A stretch of 63,512 bases of DNA, filler included, from Octopus bimaculoides (Eukaryota): NCBI RefSeq assembly GCF_001194135.2. It is 6 parts of 6 records of this genome, joined end to end, with 100 filler letters (N's around TTAATTAATTAA, not from the genome) between each part and the next. Parts side by side here need not be neighbours in the genome. Positions count along the whole stretch, not along the records: positions 26,977 to 34,650 come from NC_069007.1; positions 34,751 to 44,834 come from NC_068996.1; 4 more parts are not named here. One strand, given 5' to 3'. Numbering within the stretch: position 1 is the first letter of the stretch; the number at the start of each line of letters is the position of its first letter. Shown here one piece after another: positions 27,582-39,352 of the stretch. A program made the translations under genes and the position numbers. The notes below the pieces were generated by a model. That model searched no databases. It was not told the origin of the DNA and saw only the letters and a program-made list of their open reading frames with translations.

Positions 27582-29714
27582 GTGAGTGGTGAACTAATGG
27601 TATAAAATAAATCCTACGGTTATCACACTTTGTCACACACGCACGCACGCACACACACACACACGCGCGCGCACACACACACGCACACACACAAACATAC
27701 ACACACACACAGNNNNNNNNNNNNNNNNNNNNNNNNNNNNNNNNNNNNNNNNNNNNNNNNNNNNNNNNNNNNNNNNNNNNNNNNNNNNNNNNNNNNNNNN
27801 NNNNNNNNNNNNNNNNNNNNNNNNNNNNNNNNNNNNNNNNNNNNNNNNNNNNNNNNNNNNNNNNNNNNNNNNNNNNNNNNNNNNNNNNNNNNNNNNNNNN
27901 NNNNNNNNNNNNNNNNNNNNNNNNNNNNNNNNNNNNNNNNNNNNNNNNNNNNNNNNNNNNNNNNNNNNNNNNNNNNNNNNNNNNNNNNNNNNNNNNNNNN
28001 NNNNNNNNNNNNNNNNNNNNNNNNNNNNNNNNNNNNNNNNNNNNNNNNNNNNNNNNNNNNNNNNNNNNNNNNNNNNNNNNNNNNNNNNNNNNNNNNNNNN
28101 NNNNNNNNNNNNNNNNNNNNNNNNNNNNNNNNNNNNNNNNNNNNNNNNNNNNNNNNNNNNNNNNNNNNNNNNNNNNNNNNNNNNNNNNNNNNNNNNNNNN
28201 NNNNNNNNNNNNNNNNNNNNNNNNNNNNNNNNNNNNNNNNNNNNNNNNNNNNNNNNNNNNNNNNNNNNNNNNNNNNNNNNNNNNNNNNNNNNNNNNNNNN
28301 NNNNNNNNNNNNNNNNNNNNNNNNNNNNNNNNNNNNNNNNNNNNNNNNNNNNNNNNNNNNNNNNNNGTATATATATATATGTATATATATATATAATATT
28401 GTATTCGAAACCTTTTGAGCTGATGATGCTATAAATTTAATGCTTCAAATTGCTCAAACGACTGTCATAAGAAAGCACCGTAAAAATGCATATGAACACG
28501 ATATTCCTGAATCACAAACACATGAAAATATGTAAAGCCAACAATACTTCGAATTATGATGTATTATTATATTTGCCGATAAAACAAAAAAAAAATGCAT
28601 CATACCATCACATCTTTTGAATTGTAACTCACTGAACGCTTGATATTTACATCAACCGATTCGCTGAGACACGTGACTTTTTATAACTTTAGTACTATAT
28701 ATGCAAAACACTGGGGCATGTGAAGTGGTTATTGTTAATAAATATATGAATGGCTTTTTTGACCATCTTTTCAGAGTATAGGAAATCAATACAATAAAAG
28801 TGAAAGTGTTTTAGCCAGTTGGTTGTTGAAAATTCTTCAATAAATAGCAAAATATTTATGTGCAACAATACATCAATACTGACATTTTGTGTAAAACTGA
28901 AAAGAAAGCTGTAATAGAATGCTATATTCCTCTGAGCATTAGATGTCATATTTTTTAGAACTATTAATTTAAAGGGACGTAGTGTTCTATAATAAAACGA
29001 TCAATTATATAATTGTTCATACTATTATCATGTAAACTCCGTATGTATTTGGAAAGTGGAGTAAATAGGTGTATTTCTGAGTGCTTGAATGTATACATAT
29101 GGTGTGGGAATCTGATTTTAAAAGGATTTACTGTAAGTCCTATATATATTTTGATTTACTGTTAACAACTAAGGTGATCTTAGATATATAAACTACGCAA
29201 ATGTTAGGGTTGAGTAATTACTTGGACGATAAAGTTTTGAGTCTTCGTACAAGAAAGATTATTTTCTACTGATTATGGAAGCAGTAAAGCTTTCTATGCA
29301 AACATTCATTCAGTTCTTATAACAAATGCTTATATGTGGTCTACGGGTAATATTTATTCATAAGGTTTAGGAGAATTATAGTGATGGTGGAACAAATATT
29401 TAAACTAAAGGAATGGTTATATCATATAATTTTTCGTTTCCTATTTTGGGGCTTAGGAATGTTAGTTTTGTCGTGTATGCAATGCATCTTATGCTTGAAG
29501 CAACTGTTGTTTTAAATGCGACGTTGTCATAATATGCAACATAGTTAAAAAGTTATAGCCTGTCTGAAATTTACTAAGTTTCCAGAAAATTCTGAATTGT
29601 GAAATAGAATATATATATTAATATACAGTAGTTTCTCGATAGTTTTATAAGAATTGCAGCATTTCTTAGTATATAATACTTGAGATATTTCTTCTTTTTC
29701 CGCCCTTTTAAAAC

Positions 29715-29981
29715 ATAGCCAGGCTCATGGGCCCGGTTTTCCGGTTTCTACGGCGTATGTGTCCAACCCCCACAGTCCATCGCAGCGTTACTCAAGAGCC
29801 AGGAAGAAAGAGTGAGAGAAAGTTGGGGCGAAAGAGTACAACAGGGGTCACCACCACCCCCTGCCGGAGCCTCGTGAAGATTTAGGTGTTTACGCTCAAT
29901 AAACACACACAACGTCCGGTCTGGGAATCGAAACCGCGATCCTCCTACCGTGAGTCCGCTGCCCTAACCACTGGGCCATTG
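29715..29981 (-). mobile_element. tRNA-derived SINE (family C-like head, different body)
   Basis: Reverse complement begins CAATGGCCCAGTGGTTAGGGCAGCGGACTCACGG...GTTTCGATTCCC. Confidence 0.75.
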
Positions 29982-31026
29982 NNNNNNNNNNTTTAAATCG
30001 AGCACTCTGCAGATGCTAACCTCCTTCCAAATGTCACGCATCGGCTGTTCATATTTCATAAAATAAAGAAGTCATCTTCCCGGTAAAGACCAAACTCTCT
30101 TGATAAATTTCTACTTTATTGAATTACATAAATTTGCAATGGAACTTATCATTAATATAACTGAATCACTTAAATAACTGGCCGTACTAGTCTTCAATTT
30201 TCCCGGATTTATTAATCTGCATTCGGAAAACCATAAAAAGATCATAAAGATATGGTCTTTTAAAGACCATCTCGTTATGGTCATTAAAAGTAATATATAG
30301 TTCACGAAGCGCTAAAATTTCTAATCTCTCGTCTATTTTTATGTTAGTAACTATCTCTTTCGATTCTAAATTAACAGCATGGTAACAAATTGAATTGGTT
30401 TTCCTATAGGAATCGGTGGTATTGTTAGAATCATGCGTATCATTTGTGAAATTATCAGCTTCATACATTTGCTCTGTTCTAAAGTAACATGGGCGAACTC
30501 AGAGTTTCTAAATTCTATCAAATACAGATGAATATATGCTGTTAAACGTGGAAAGCGTGGCTCCGAGTAGCAACTGAAGCGGACTCGGCTTTGAATAAAC
30601 AATGCCGTTCTAATCAACCTAACAGAATTCATGATTTCCGAGCGGGTTTCTGCAGCGAAGATCTTTAAGCGTATACGAACGTATTAAATCTAATTGTACC
30701 ACCTATATATTACCAGCTTGATAAAGCTTTTCTCACATCAGCAAATATATTATTTGTTGCACAAAGATAAGAGATTCAGTTGTTAGTAAATAGGTTACGA
30801 ACGGTGGATTTGGTATATGTAGCTGATGAAGTGTACACATATACTACAGGCCAATGACGTCATTCATAACACAGTGATTTGTTTTTAATATACATTGTCT
30901 ACAAAGACAATTTCTCACCAGAGATAGTTTTCGCAGCGAAAGGCTTTCTAGGTTTCAGCGTACACGAACGTATTGAATATAAATGATACACCCATATTCT
31001 AAGGACCACTATTAGTGTGCTTCTAG

Positions 31027-31074
<48 letters not shown>

Positions 31075-32035
31075 NNNNNNNNNNNNNNNNNNNNNNNNNN
31101 NNNNNNNNNNNNNNNNNNNNNNNNNNNNNNNNNNNNNNNNNNNNNNNNNNNNNNNNNNNNNNNNNNNNNNNNNNNNNNNNNNNNNNNNNNNNNNNNNNNN
31201 NNNNNNNNNNNNNNNNNNNNNNNNNNNNNNNNNNNNNNNNNNNNNNNNNNNNNNNNNNNNNNNNNNNNNNNNNNNNNNNNNNNNNNNNNNNNNNNNNNNN
31301 NNNNNNNNNNNNNNNNNNNNNNNNNNNNNNNNNNNNNNNNNNNNNNNNNNNNNNNNNNNNNNNNNNNNNNNNNNNNNNNNNNNNNNNNNNNNNNNNNNNN
31401 NNNNNNNNNNNNNNNNNNNNNNNNNNNNNNNNNNNNNNNNNNNNNNNNNNNNNNNNNNNNNNNNNNNNNNNNNNNNNNNNNNNNNNNNNNNNNNNNNNNN
31501 NNNNNNNNNNNNNNNNNNNNNNNNNNNNNNNNNNNNNNNNNNNNNNNNNNNNNNNNNNNNNNNNNNNNNNNNNNNNNNNNNNNNNNNNNNNNNNNNNNNN
31601 NNNNNNNNNNNNNNNNNNNNNNNNNNNNNNNNNNNNNNNNNNNNNNNNNNNNNNNNNNNNNNNNNNNNNNNNNNNNNNNNNNNNNNNNNNNNNNNNNNNN
31701 NNNNNNNNNNNNNNNNNNNNNNNNNNNNNNNNNNNNNNNNNNNNNNNNNNNNNNNNNNNNNNNNNNNNNNNNNNNNNNNNNNNNNNNNNNNNNNNNNNNN
31801 NNNNNNNNNNNNNNNNNNNNNNNNNNNNNNNNNNNNNNNNNNNNNNNNNNNNNNNNNNNNNNNNNNNNNNNNNNNNNNNNNNNNNNNNNNNNNNNNNNNN
31901 NNNNNNNNNNNNNNNNNNNNNNNNNNNNNNNNNNNNNNNNNNNNNNNNNNNNNNNNNNNNNNNNNNNNNNNNNNNNNNNNNNNNNNNNNNNNNNNNNNNN
32001 NNNNNNNNNNNNNNNNNNNNNNNNNNNNNNNNNNN

Positions 32036-32079
<44 letters not shown>

Positions 32080-33659
32080 AATATAAACACAAACGAAATC
32101 AGGGTTACATTTGTGTACGCAAACCTTAAATGCACACACACATATACATACATTTCATAGATGTAGGATTTAACAGACAAATGTATACAGATGAAAAGTT
32201 CCCAAATACTCATCAAAAAACTGTACACACACAAAAACAGACACAGACATACATAGGCACATAAACATATCGACACACACACAGAGGACACACACACAGA
32301 GGACACACACACAGAGGACACACACGTACATATATAAAAATCCGTATACAAACGAAATGACAAACATACGTATGCAGAGAAAAGGAACGCTCGCACAAAT
32401 AGGTCCAAACATAGACACATTTCCACATTTCCACACAGATATGCACAAACTCACACATACATACACATACTTACGCATACATACACACACTCACACAAGA
32501 ACAGAAAGACAATTATGTCAGAANNNNNNNNNNNNNNNNNNNNNNNNNNNNNNNNNNNNNNNNNNNNNNNNNNNNNNNNNNNNNNNNNNNNNNNNNNNNN
32601 NNNNNNNNNNNNNNNNNNNNNNNTTTTTTTTTATATTGCCACAGGTGATGCTGATGTCGATGGTATTTCTGTTTCCTGTTGACATTTAGCCATAAGTCAA
32701 CAATGATTACGAAAACGACCTATGATGGCAGACTTTCTGGCCAATCGGACTTTTTACTCCGTTTAGGACTTCGTTATCAATTAGATCTATCCTTTGTGTT
32801 TTGTATGATCTCTTTTACTCTTTTACTCTTTTACTCTTTTACTTGTTTCAGTCATTTNNNNNNNNNNNNNNNNNNNNNNNNNNNNNNNNNNNNNNNNNNN
32901 NNNNNNNNNNNNNNNNNNNNNNNNNNNNNNNNNNNNNNNNNNNNNNNNNNNNNNNNNNNNNNNNNNNNNNNNNNNNNNNNNNNNNNNNNNNNNNNNNNNN
33001 NNNNNNNNNNNNNNNNNNNNNNNNNNNNNNNNNNNNNNNNNNNNNNNNNNNNNNNNNNNNNNNNNNNNNNNNNNNNNNNNNNNNNNNNNNNNNNNNNNNN
33101 NNNNNNNNNNNNNNNNNNNNNNNNNNNNNNNNNNNNNNNNNNNNNNNNNNNNNNNNNNNNNNNNNNNNNNNNNNNNNNNNNNNNNNNNNNNNNNNNNNNN
33201 NNNNNNNNNNNNNNNNNNNNNNNNNNNNNNNNNNNNNNNNNNNNNNNNNNNNNNNNNNNNNNNNNNNNNNNNNNNNNNNNNNNNNNNNNNNNNNNNNNNN
33301 NNNNNNNNNNNNNNNNNNNNNNNNNNNNNNNNNNNNNNNNNNNNNNNNNNNNNNNNNNNNNNNNNNNNNNNNNNNNNNNNNNNNNNNNNNNNNNNNNNNN
33401 NNNNNNNNNNNNNNNNNNNNNNNNNNNNNNNNNNNNNNNNNNNNNNNNNNNNNNNNNNNNNNNNNNNNNNNNNNNNNNNNNNNNNNNNNNNNNNNNNNNN
33501 NNNNNNNNNNNNNNNNNNNNNNNNNNNNNNNNNNNNNNNNNNNNNNNNNNNNNNNNNNNNNNNNNNNNNNNNNNNNNATATATATATATATATATATAAA
33601 TATATATATGTGTGTGTGTGTGTGTATTGTATATTTATATATATATATGTATATATCTA

Positions 33660-33850
33660 TGCGTTCCACGGATTGGCATTCGATGTTTGTTAATGTCTCC
33701 GTAACGTAGCGCTTCGGCGAAAGGTTTCGATAGAATAAGTGCTTGGGTTTAAAAATAACAAGTACCAGGGATGATTCGTTCGGCAAAAAATTCTCCAAGG
33801 TGGTGTTCCAGCATGGCCGCAGTCTAACAACTAAAGCAAGTAAAGTATAA
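33660..33850 (+). mobile_element. SINE family B, 3' half, degenerate
   Basis: CGATAGAATAAGT...GGTGGTGTTCCAGCATGGCCGCAGTC tail. Confidence 0.75.
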
Positions 33851-34325
33851 AAGATGTATACCAAAAGATGTGTATGCTTGTATTCGCGCGCGTGTGTGTG
33901 TATTTGTATGTGTGCGTGTGTGAGTGTAGCGTTAAAGTGGTGTGTATGTATATGTATATGTACGTATGGTGTAGAACAGAGATCTAGTGTGCGTATATGT
34001 ACGTTTGTGTGTTTGTATGATCTAGCATGCTGTGTGTGTGTGTTTGTGTATATGTTTGTTAAGGTGTATGTATGTGCGCCTGGTCTTAAGGTGCTGTATT
34101 AATGCAGAAGTCACGATCTGTCTATGTGTGTGTATGCGTGGTTGTGCGTTTCAAATACATACAACGCTCGTATACACAATCACAAACACACATACATATA
34201 GAGACCGTATATATACATATACACCTAAATACATAAACACATACATGCATACATGCTTCATATATATGTATTACTCCTATGTAGTATATATATGTGTATG
34301 CACAGATATGTGTATGGATATATAT

Positions 34326-34370
<45 letters not shown>

Positions 34371-34602
34371 TATATATATATATGTGCATATATATACATG
34401 CATATATATATATACATGTATATATGTGTGTGTGTGTTGGTATATACCTGTATACATATGTATATGTATATATATATATATGTATATGTATGTGTATATA
34501 TGTGTATATATGTATATATGTAATATATATATGTATGTTTATATAAATATATACATATATATATATATATATGTATACACAATACACATACAAATACACA
34601 TG

Positions 34603-34650
<48 letters not shown>

Positions 34651-34751
34651 NNNNNNNNNNNNNNNNNNNNNNNNNNNNNNNNNNNNNNNNNNNNTTAATT
34701 AATTAANNNNNNNNNNNNNNNNNNNNNNNNNNNNNNNNNNNNNNNNNNNNA

Positions 34752-35110
34752 CACACACACATAGGTGTAGGAGTGGCTGTGTGGTAAGTAGCTTGCTTAC
34801 GAACCACATGGTCCAGGTTCAGTCACACTGCATGGTACCTTGGGCAAGTATCTTCTACTATAGCCTCGGGCCGACCAAAGTTTTGTGAGTGGATTTGGTA
34901 GACGGAAACTGAAAGAAGCCTGTCGTATATATATATGTGTGTGTGTGTGTGTCCCCACCAACATCACTTGACAACCGATACTGGTGTGCTTACATTCCCG
35001 ATAGAATAAGTACTAGGCTTACAAAGAATAAGTTCTGGGGTCGATTTGCTCGACTAAAGGCGGTGCTCCAGCATGGCCACAGTCAAAATGACTGAAACAA
35101 GTATAAGAGT
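34752..35110 (+). mobile_element. SINE family B, full length (CORE-like, internal microsatellite)
   Basis: tRNA-like head GGAGTGGCTGTGTGGTAAGTAGC, CORE-like ACCTTGGGCAAGT at 34837-34849, internal (TA)n(GT)n, tail ...ATGACTGAAACAAG. Confidence 0.85.
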
Positions 35111-35986
35111 AGATATATTATGGAGATGTATTTGCATAGCAAGTGACCTGATCTGTGATCGTGTGCTGGAACGAAAACAATTGCAGCGTGGAAGGTGCTT
35201 ATAAGTCATTTAAGAAAAACCTTTAGATTCACTTCAACATTTAAATTTAATTTGCCAAAATATTTTCGTCACTTTGAGACCACGACCTGTTCACTGACAA
35301 AATTTTGTGCTAAAAGAAGTGAGGGAATGCAGTTGAAAGTGTTATTCAGACTGTAGGGGAGCAGTGAACCCATTCAGTTGTTGTTATGGAAGGCAATGAA
35401 AGCTCCCAGAGAAAATGTTTTATCAAATTATATGCTCGTGGTGAGTGAAAAGAGGTGTAGGTGGAATCCTCAGCACTACAAATAACATTAGTGACTAACT
35501 GACCCTTGCAAATGTCTAATCAAAATATATAGCAATTTTGTTTATAATTTATTCCATAGTGTCAGAGGAATATTGTGACAAATGAACAAGCTGAATTTAC
35601 TAAACTGTAGTACAGTAAATTTACTATCCTGTACTATAGAAGATGGTAATATTTTTTCCCTCTCAGTTTTGATACCAAACCCTTCATCACAATAGTAATG
35701 TATAGCTAATTATGATTCCATATTCTATAAGCTATCTAGTTAATTAAATACATTTTCAAAATAATGTGTATATGTATATATATAATGTGTATATATGTAT
35801 GTACCCAGTACAAGCTATGGACACATAAGAGGTGCAGCAATATCAAAGNNNNNNNNNNNNNNNNNNNNNNNNNNNNNNNNNNNNNNNNNNNNNNNNNNNN
35901 NNNNNNNNNNNNNNNNNNNNNNNNNNNNNNNNNNNNNNNNNNNNNNNNCGAAGCGAATTCGAATCAGAAGTGAATTTACTATAACC

Positions 35987-36097
35987 TTAGTGTTATTACG
36001 TCATAATCACTTCGTGAATTTCCGCTAACTTTAGTATTATTACGTCATAATCACTTCGTGAATTTCCGCTAACTTTTGTTTTATTACGTCATAATCG
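35987..36097. repeat. 44-bp tandem repeat, about 2.5 units
   Basis: Unit TTAGTGTTATTACGTCATAATCACTTCGTGAATTTCCGCTAACT. Confidence 0.9.
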
Positions 36098-36249
36098 CTT
36101 AATCCAAACCCTCCTTAAGTTTGAGGCCTGTACGTGTTAACATAACTAATGTAATTATTATAATATAAATTTTAGCATAATTTCCTGTTGGAGAGAGTTT
36201 AATACCAAACTCCAAATTTACAATAAAGTTCTTATGGACAATGCGATTT

Positions 36250-36950
36250 TATTAAACGATTATAATATTATATTTCGAAGAAAAACATTAAATATATTAT
36301 CAATTGTAAGATATACTCGATCTTATACGGATTTTCTGTTGAAGTAACGGTTTTCCCCAAAAGTGTTCCACTTTTCGCAATTCCAAACTTTTAGTTGTGC
36401 CCTTTGGCACCATGAGATAAAGATAATATGGGATACCAACGTAAAACTATAGAAAATATATTGGTTCGACAAGTACTTCGTTCAAAAACGTTTTGTTAAC
36501 CACCAGTCATCTTTCAGAGTCCCAGAAAGATGGTTTGTCCTGTCCCTAGCCCGCCATGTATGGCACCTCAAAGATCAAGGAACCCAGTGTGATGTCAGGT
36601 GGAAATTAATTGAATTTCCGAGCCCGTATATTAATGGAAGCGGCCGTTGCAAGATCTGCATCGCGAAGAGAATCAACATTCTTAAGGAGTTTAAGAAGCC
36701 TGGTGCATTAAACAGCCGTAAAGAAGTATTTCCTGAATGTATCCATCCGTTTAATCGTTAGGCCTCTCCGAGTCTACAAAAGTTTTCTTCCCCCCTCATT
36801 AACGCTTTTTTGTATTCTTCGAGTTCTGAGCGTTTCTTCACGCCTATGACGTAGATATTTTAAAATTTTGTATTCGTATAGAGTCTGATGAGCTGTCCAC
36901 AGGGCCTTAGCTTTATAGGTGTGAAACTTTGGGTAACTCTACGTAAAATT
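36250..36950 (+). mobile_element. Penelope-like element 3' end, copy 1: GIY-YIG endonuclease remnant 36398-36761 plus 3' UTR
   Basis: KYIGSTSTSFK/RFVNHQSSFR...LARHVWHLKDQGTQCDVRWKLIEFPSPYINGSGRCKICIAKRINILKEFKKPGALNSRKEVFPECIHPFNR*, with frameshifts. Confidence 0.85.
36879..36941 (+). ncRNA. Type I hammerhead ribozyme motif, degenerate helix II
   Basis: TAGAGT-CTGATGA...GAAAC-TTTGG-GTA-ACTCTA: 6-bp helix I, both core boxes and a GUA triplet. Helix II does not pair cleanly. Confidence 0.5.
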
Positions 36951-37037
36951 TTGTTGTAATAATTACTGTTCTATTTTTTAGAGTGTGCTTCTTTATGATA
37001 TATGTTTTATTTTATTAACTACGCACGCACACGCACG

Positions 37038-37069
<32 letters not shown>

Positions 37070-37072
<3 letters not shown>

Positions 37073-37576
37073 GGTATCCCAGAAAGATTAACCTGTTAAT
37101 ATTTCTTAACTATTCAAAATAGACTTAATGTAGGATCAAGAAATTTGGCACACACATTCTAATGTAAATTGTCATCCATTGCAGTAATTACATTTCAAAA
37201 CGACCACCTTTCGCCTTGATCATAGCCCAAAAATAAGTGGTCACTGAGTTGCATGAGCGTACCACCTTTTCATCCAACTTGACTGATGAAGGCAGAAGTG
37301 CTTTCTTCAGATCTGACACATTTGAATAGGAGTGAGCAGAAACATTACTCCCAAAGATGGACCAAATAGCTAAGTCCGTGGGTTTGATGTCTGGACTTGA
37401 AGGAGTCCATATCGTCTTGTCCCATCTTGAGTGAAGATGTAACCAAAGGTTTCTGTGACCCAGAGTAACACTTTCTCATCTAACATTTTCACATAAACTT
37501 CAGTTGACCTTGACGCTAGCATCGATGAAGATCAAGGGAGACTTGGACCCATCAGATGCAACTGCAGCCCACACGA
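37070..37576 (-). mobile_element. Tc1/mariner (maT-like) transposon remnant, 3' part
   Basis: VWAAVASDGSKSPLIFI, IFTQDG, WTPSSPDIKPTDLAIWSIF and MIKAKGGRFE on the minus strand. Terminus TA|TAGGGTATCCC. Internal deletion between QDG and the WPPSSPD-like motif. Confidence 0.85.
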
Positions 37577-38559
37577 NNNNNNNNNNNNNNNNNNNNNNNN
37601 NNNNNNNNNNNNNNNNNNNNNNNNNNNNNNNNNNNNNNNNNNNNNNNNNNNNNNNNNNNNNNNNNNNNNNNNNNNNNNNNNNNNNNNNNNNNNNNNNNNN
37701 NNNNNNNNNNNNNNNNNNNNNNNNNNNNNNNNNNNNNNNNNNNNNNNNNNNNNNNNNNNNNNNNNNNNNNNNNNNNNNNNNNNNNNNNNNNNNNNNNNNN
37801 NNNNNNNNNNNNNNNNNNNNNNNNNNNNNNNNNNNNNNNNNNNNNNNNNNNNNNNNNNNNNNNNNNNNNNNNNNNNNNNNNNNNNNNNNNNNNNNNNNNN
37901 NNNNNNNNNNNNNNNNNNNNNNNNNNNNNNNNNNNNNNNNNNNNNNNNNNNNNNNNNNNNNNNNNNNNNNNNNNNNNNNNNNNNNNNNNNNNNNNNNNNN
38001 NNNNNNNNNNNNNNNNNNNNNNNNNNNNNNNNNNNNNNNNNNNNNNNNNNNNNNNNNNNNNNNNNNNNNNNNNNNNNNNNNNNNNNNNNNNNNNNNNNNN
38101 NNNNNNNNNNNNNNNNNNNNNNNNNNNNNNNNNNNNNNNNNNNNNNNNNNNNNNNNNNNNNNNNNNNNNNNNNNNNNNNNNNNNNNNNNNNNNNNNNNNN
38201 NNNNNNNNNNNNNNNNNNNNNNNNNNNNNNNNNNNNNNNNNNNNNNNNNNNNNNNNNNNNNNNNNNNNNNNNNNNNNNNNNNNNNNNNNNNNNNNNNNNN
38301 NNNNNNNNNNNNNNNNNNNNNNNNNNNNNNNNNNNNNNNNNNNNNNNNNNNNNNNNNNNNNNNNNNNNNNNNNNNNNNNNNNNNNNNNNNNNNNNNCACA
38401 ACGTGTTGATGATGAGAAAAACATGTAATCGTTACCAGTATAGCAAGAGATTTCTCCGCAAAAAGTCTAAAGTAGACTCCTTAAGGATCGTTCTCCTTGG
38501 TTATATATCCAAAATTTTAAATTTAAAAGAGTTTTGACGCTGATATCCATTATTATTGA

Positions 38560-39352
38560 AATTTATTCCTATGTCAACATTTCTGTATAAGGCTATATTT
38601 AACTGTCAAATTCAAGTCAAACATATAAATTGCCTTACACATCTTCAGGGAAAAAAGTTTAAGAACAAAAGGTAAACACCAAAACATCGTCTCTAAGTAC
38701 AGTTCATATTCAAATTTCTCCTTAAATAACTCGTTAAATAAATTCCTCCTTAAATAAAGGTCCGTTAAAGAGAGACAACCCCTCATAATATTATTAATAA
38801 TATTATTAATAAATTATAAACAATCACATATTACAATGGAAATCTATATTATATTATCTTTGGAAGTTTTAGCAAAGAACACAACTGCTATTAGTAAATT
38901 ATACACTGATATGGCCTGCCTTAAGACCCAATATTATACTATAATGTACTATAATACTCGGTCATACTGCAATTTATAATTAATTTAAACCAGAGAAATG
39001 TGTCTTGGAAACTGTGTACATCTTAGAGCATTATTTGTTAGTTTATTTATCAACTTACCCTTAGAGAATAATATAAAATATAGTTCTAAATTACATAACG
39101 AACAATATCTCCTACCTTTGTCATACGGGAAAGACCTCCCGATGATCGACCATTCTAACGAATATTGCTTTTTTTGTTCTTTCAGTTCCCAAATGAATTT
39201 ACTAAGACTAGTGCTTGCTATTTTAATTCTATCTCTAAAGGTACTATAATGATTAGATAATCTTTTACAGATTTGTCCCGAAGTACACCCCAGGTATCGG
39301 CTAACATCTGTCTGAGTCCTTACCTTACATTGATAAACTACATTTCTAACTC
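38560..39352 (-). mobile_element. Penelope-like element 3' end, copy 2: GIY-YIG remnant 38985-39352 plus 3' UTR
   Basis: VRNVVYQCKVRTQTDVSRYLGCTSGQICKRLSNHYSTFRDRIKIASTSLSKFIWELKRTKK/QYSLEWSIIGRSFPYDKGRRYCSLCNLELYFILFSKGKLINK, one frameshift. Missing from the ORF track. Confidence 0.9.
38562..38656 (-). ncRNA. Type I hammerhead ribozyme with complete core
   Basis: Minus strand: TTCC-CTGAAGA-TGTGTAAGGC[38 nt]GCCTTATACA-GAAA-TGTTGACAT-A-GGAA. Helices I, II (10 bp) and III all pair; AUA cleavage triplet. Confidence 0.75.

Noticed and set aside
28414-28458. TTTGAG-CTGATGA...CTCAAA hammerhead-like hairpin
   Set aside because: No GAAA box (CAAA instead), G at the cleavage position, and no PLE context.
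30121-30300. Nuclear-receptor LBD-like text (ITESLK*LAVLVFNFPGFINLHSENHKKII)
   Set aside because: Only PGFxxL matches the signature, the FAK and DQ positions are absent, there are in-frame stops, and such a match is expected by chance in 60 kb.
35987-36097. CRISPR-like array
   Set aside because: Head-to-tail tandem units with no unique spacers, no cas genes, eukaryotic context.
36398-36439. In-frame TGA near a conserved Cys position of the PLE linker (CPLAP*DKDNMGYQ), suggesting selenocysteine
   Set aside because: Sec-encoding PLEs are known from the Naiad clade, which has an N-terminal EN, unlike this element. This copy is frameshifted, the spacing is off by one residue, and I saw no SECIS, so a nonsense mutation is simpler.
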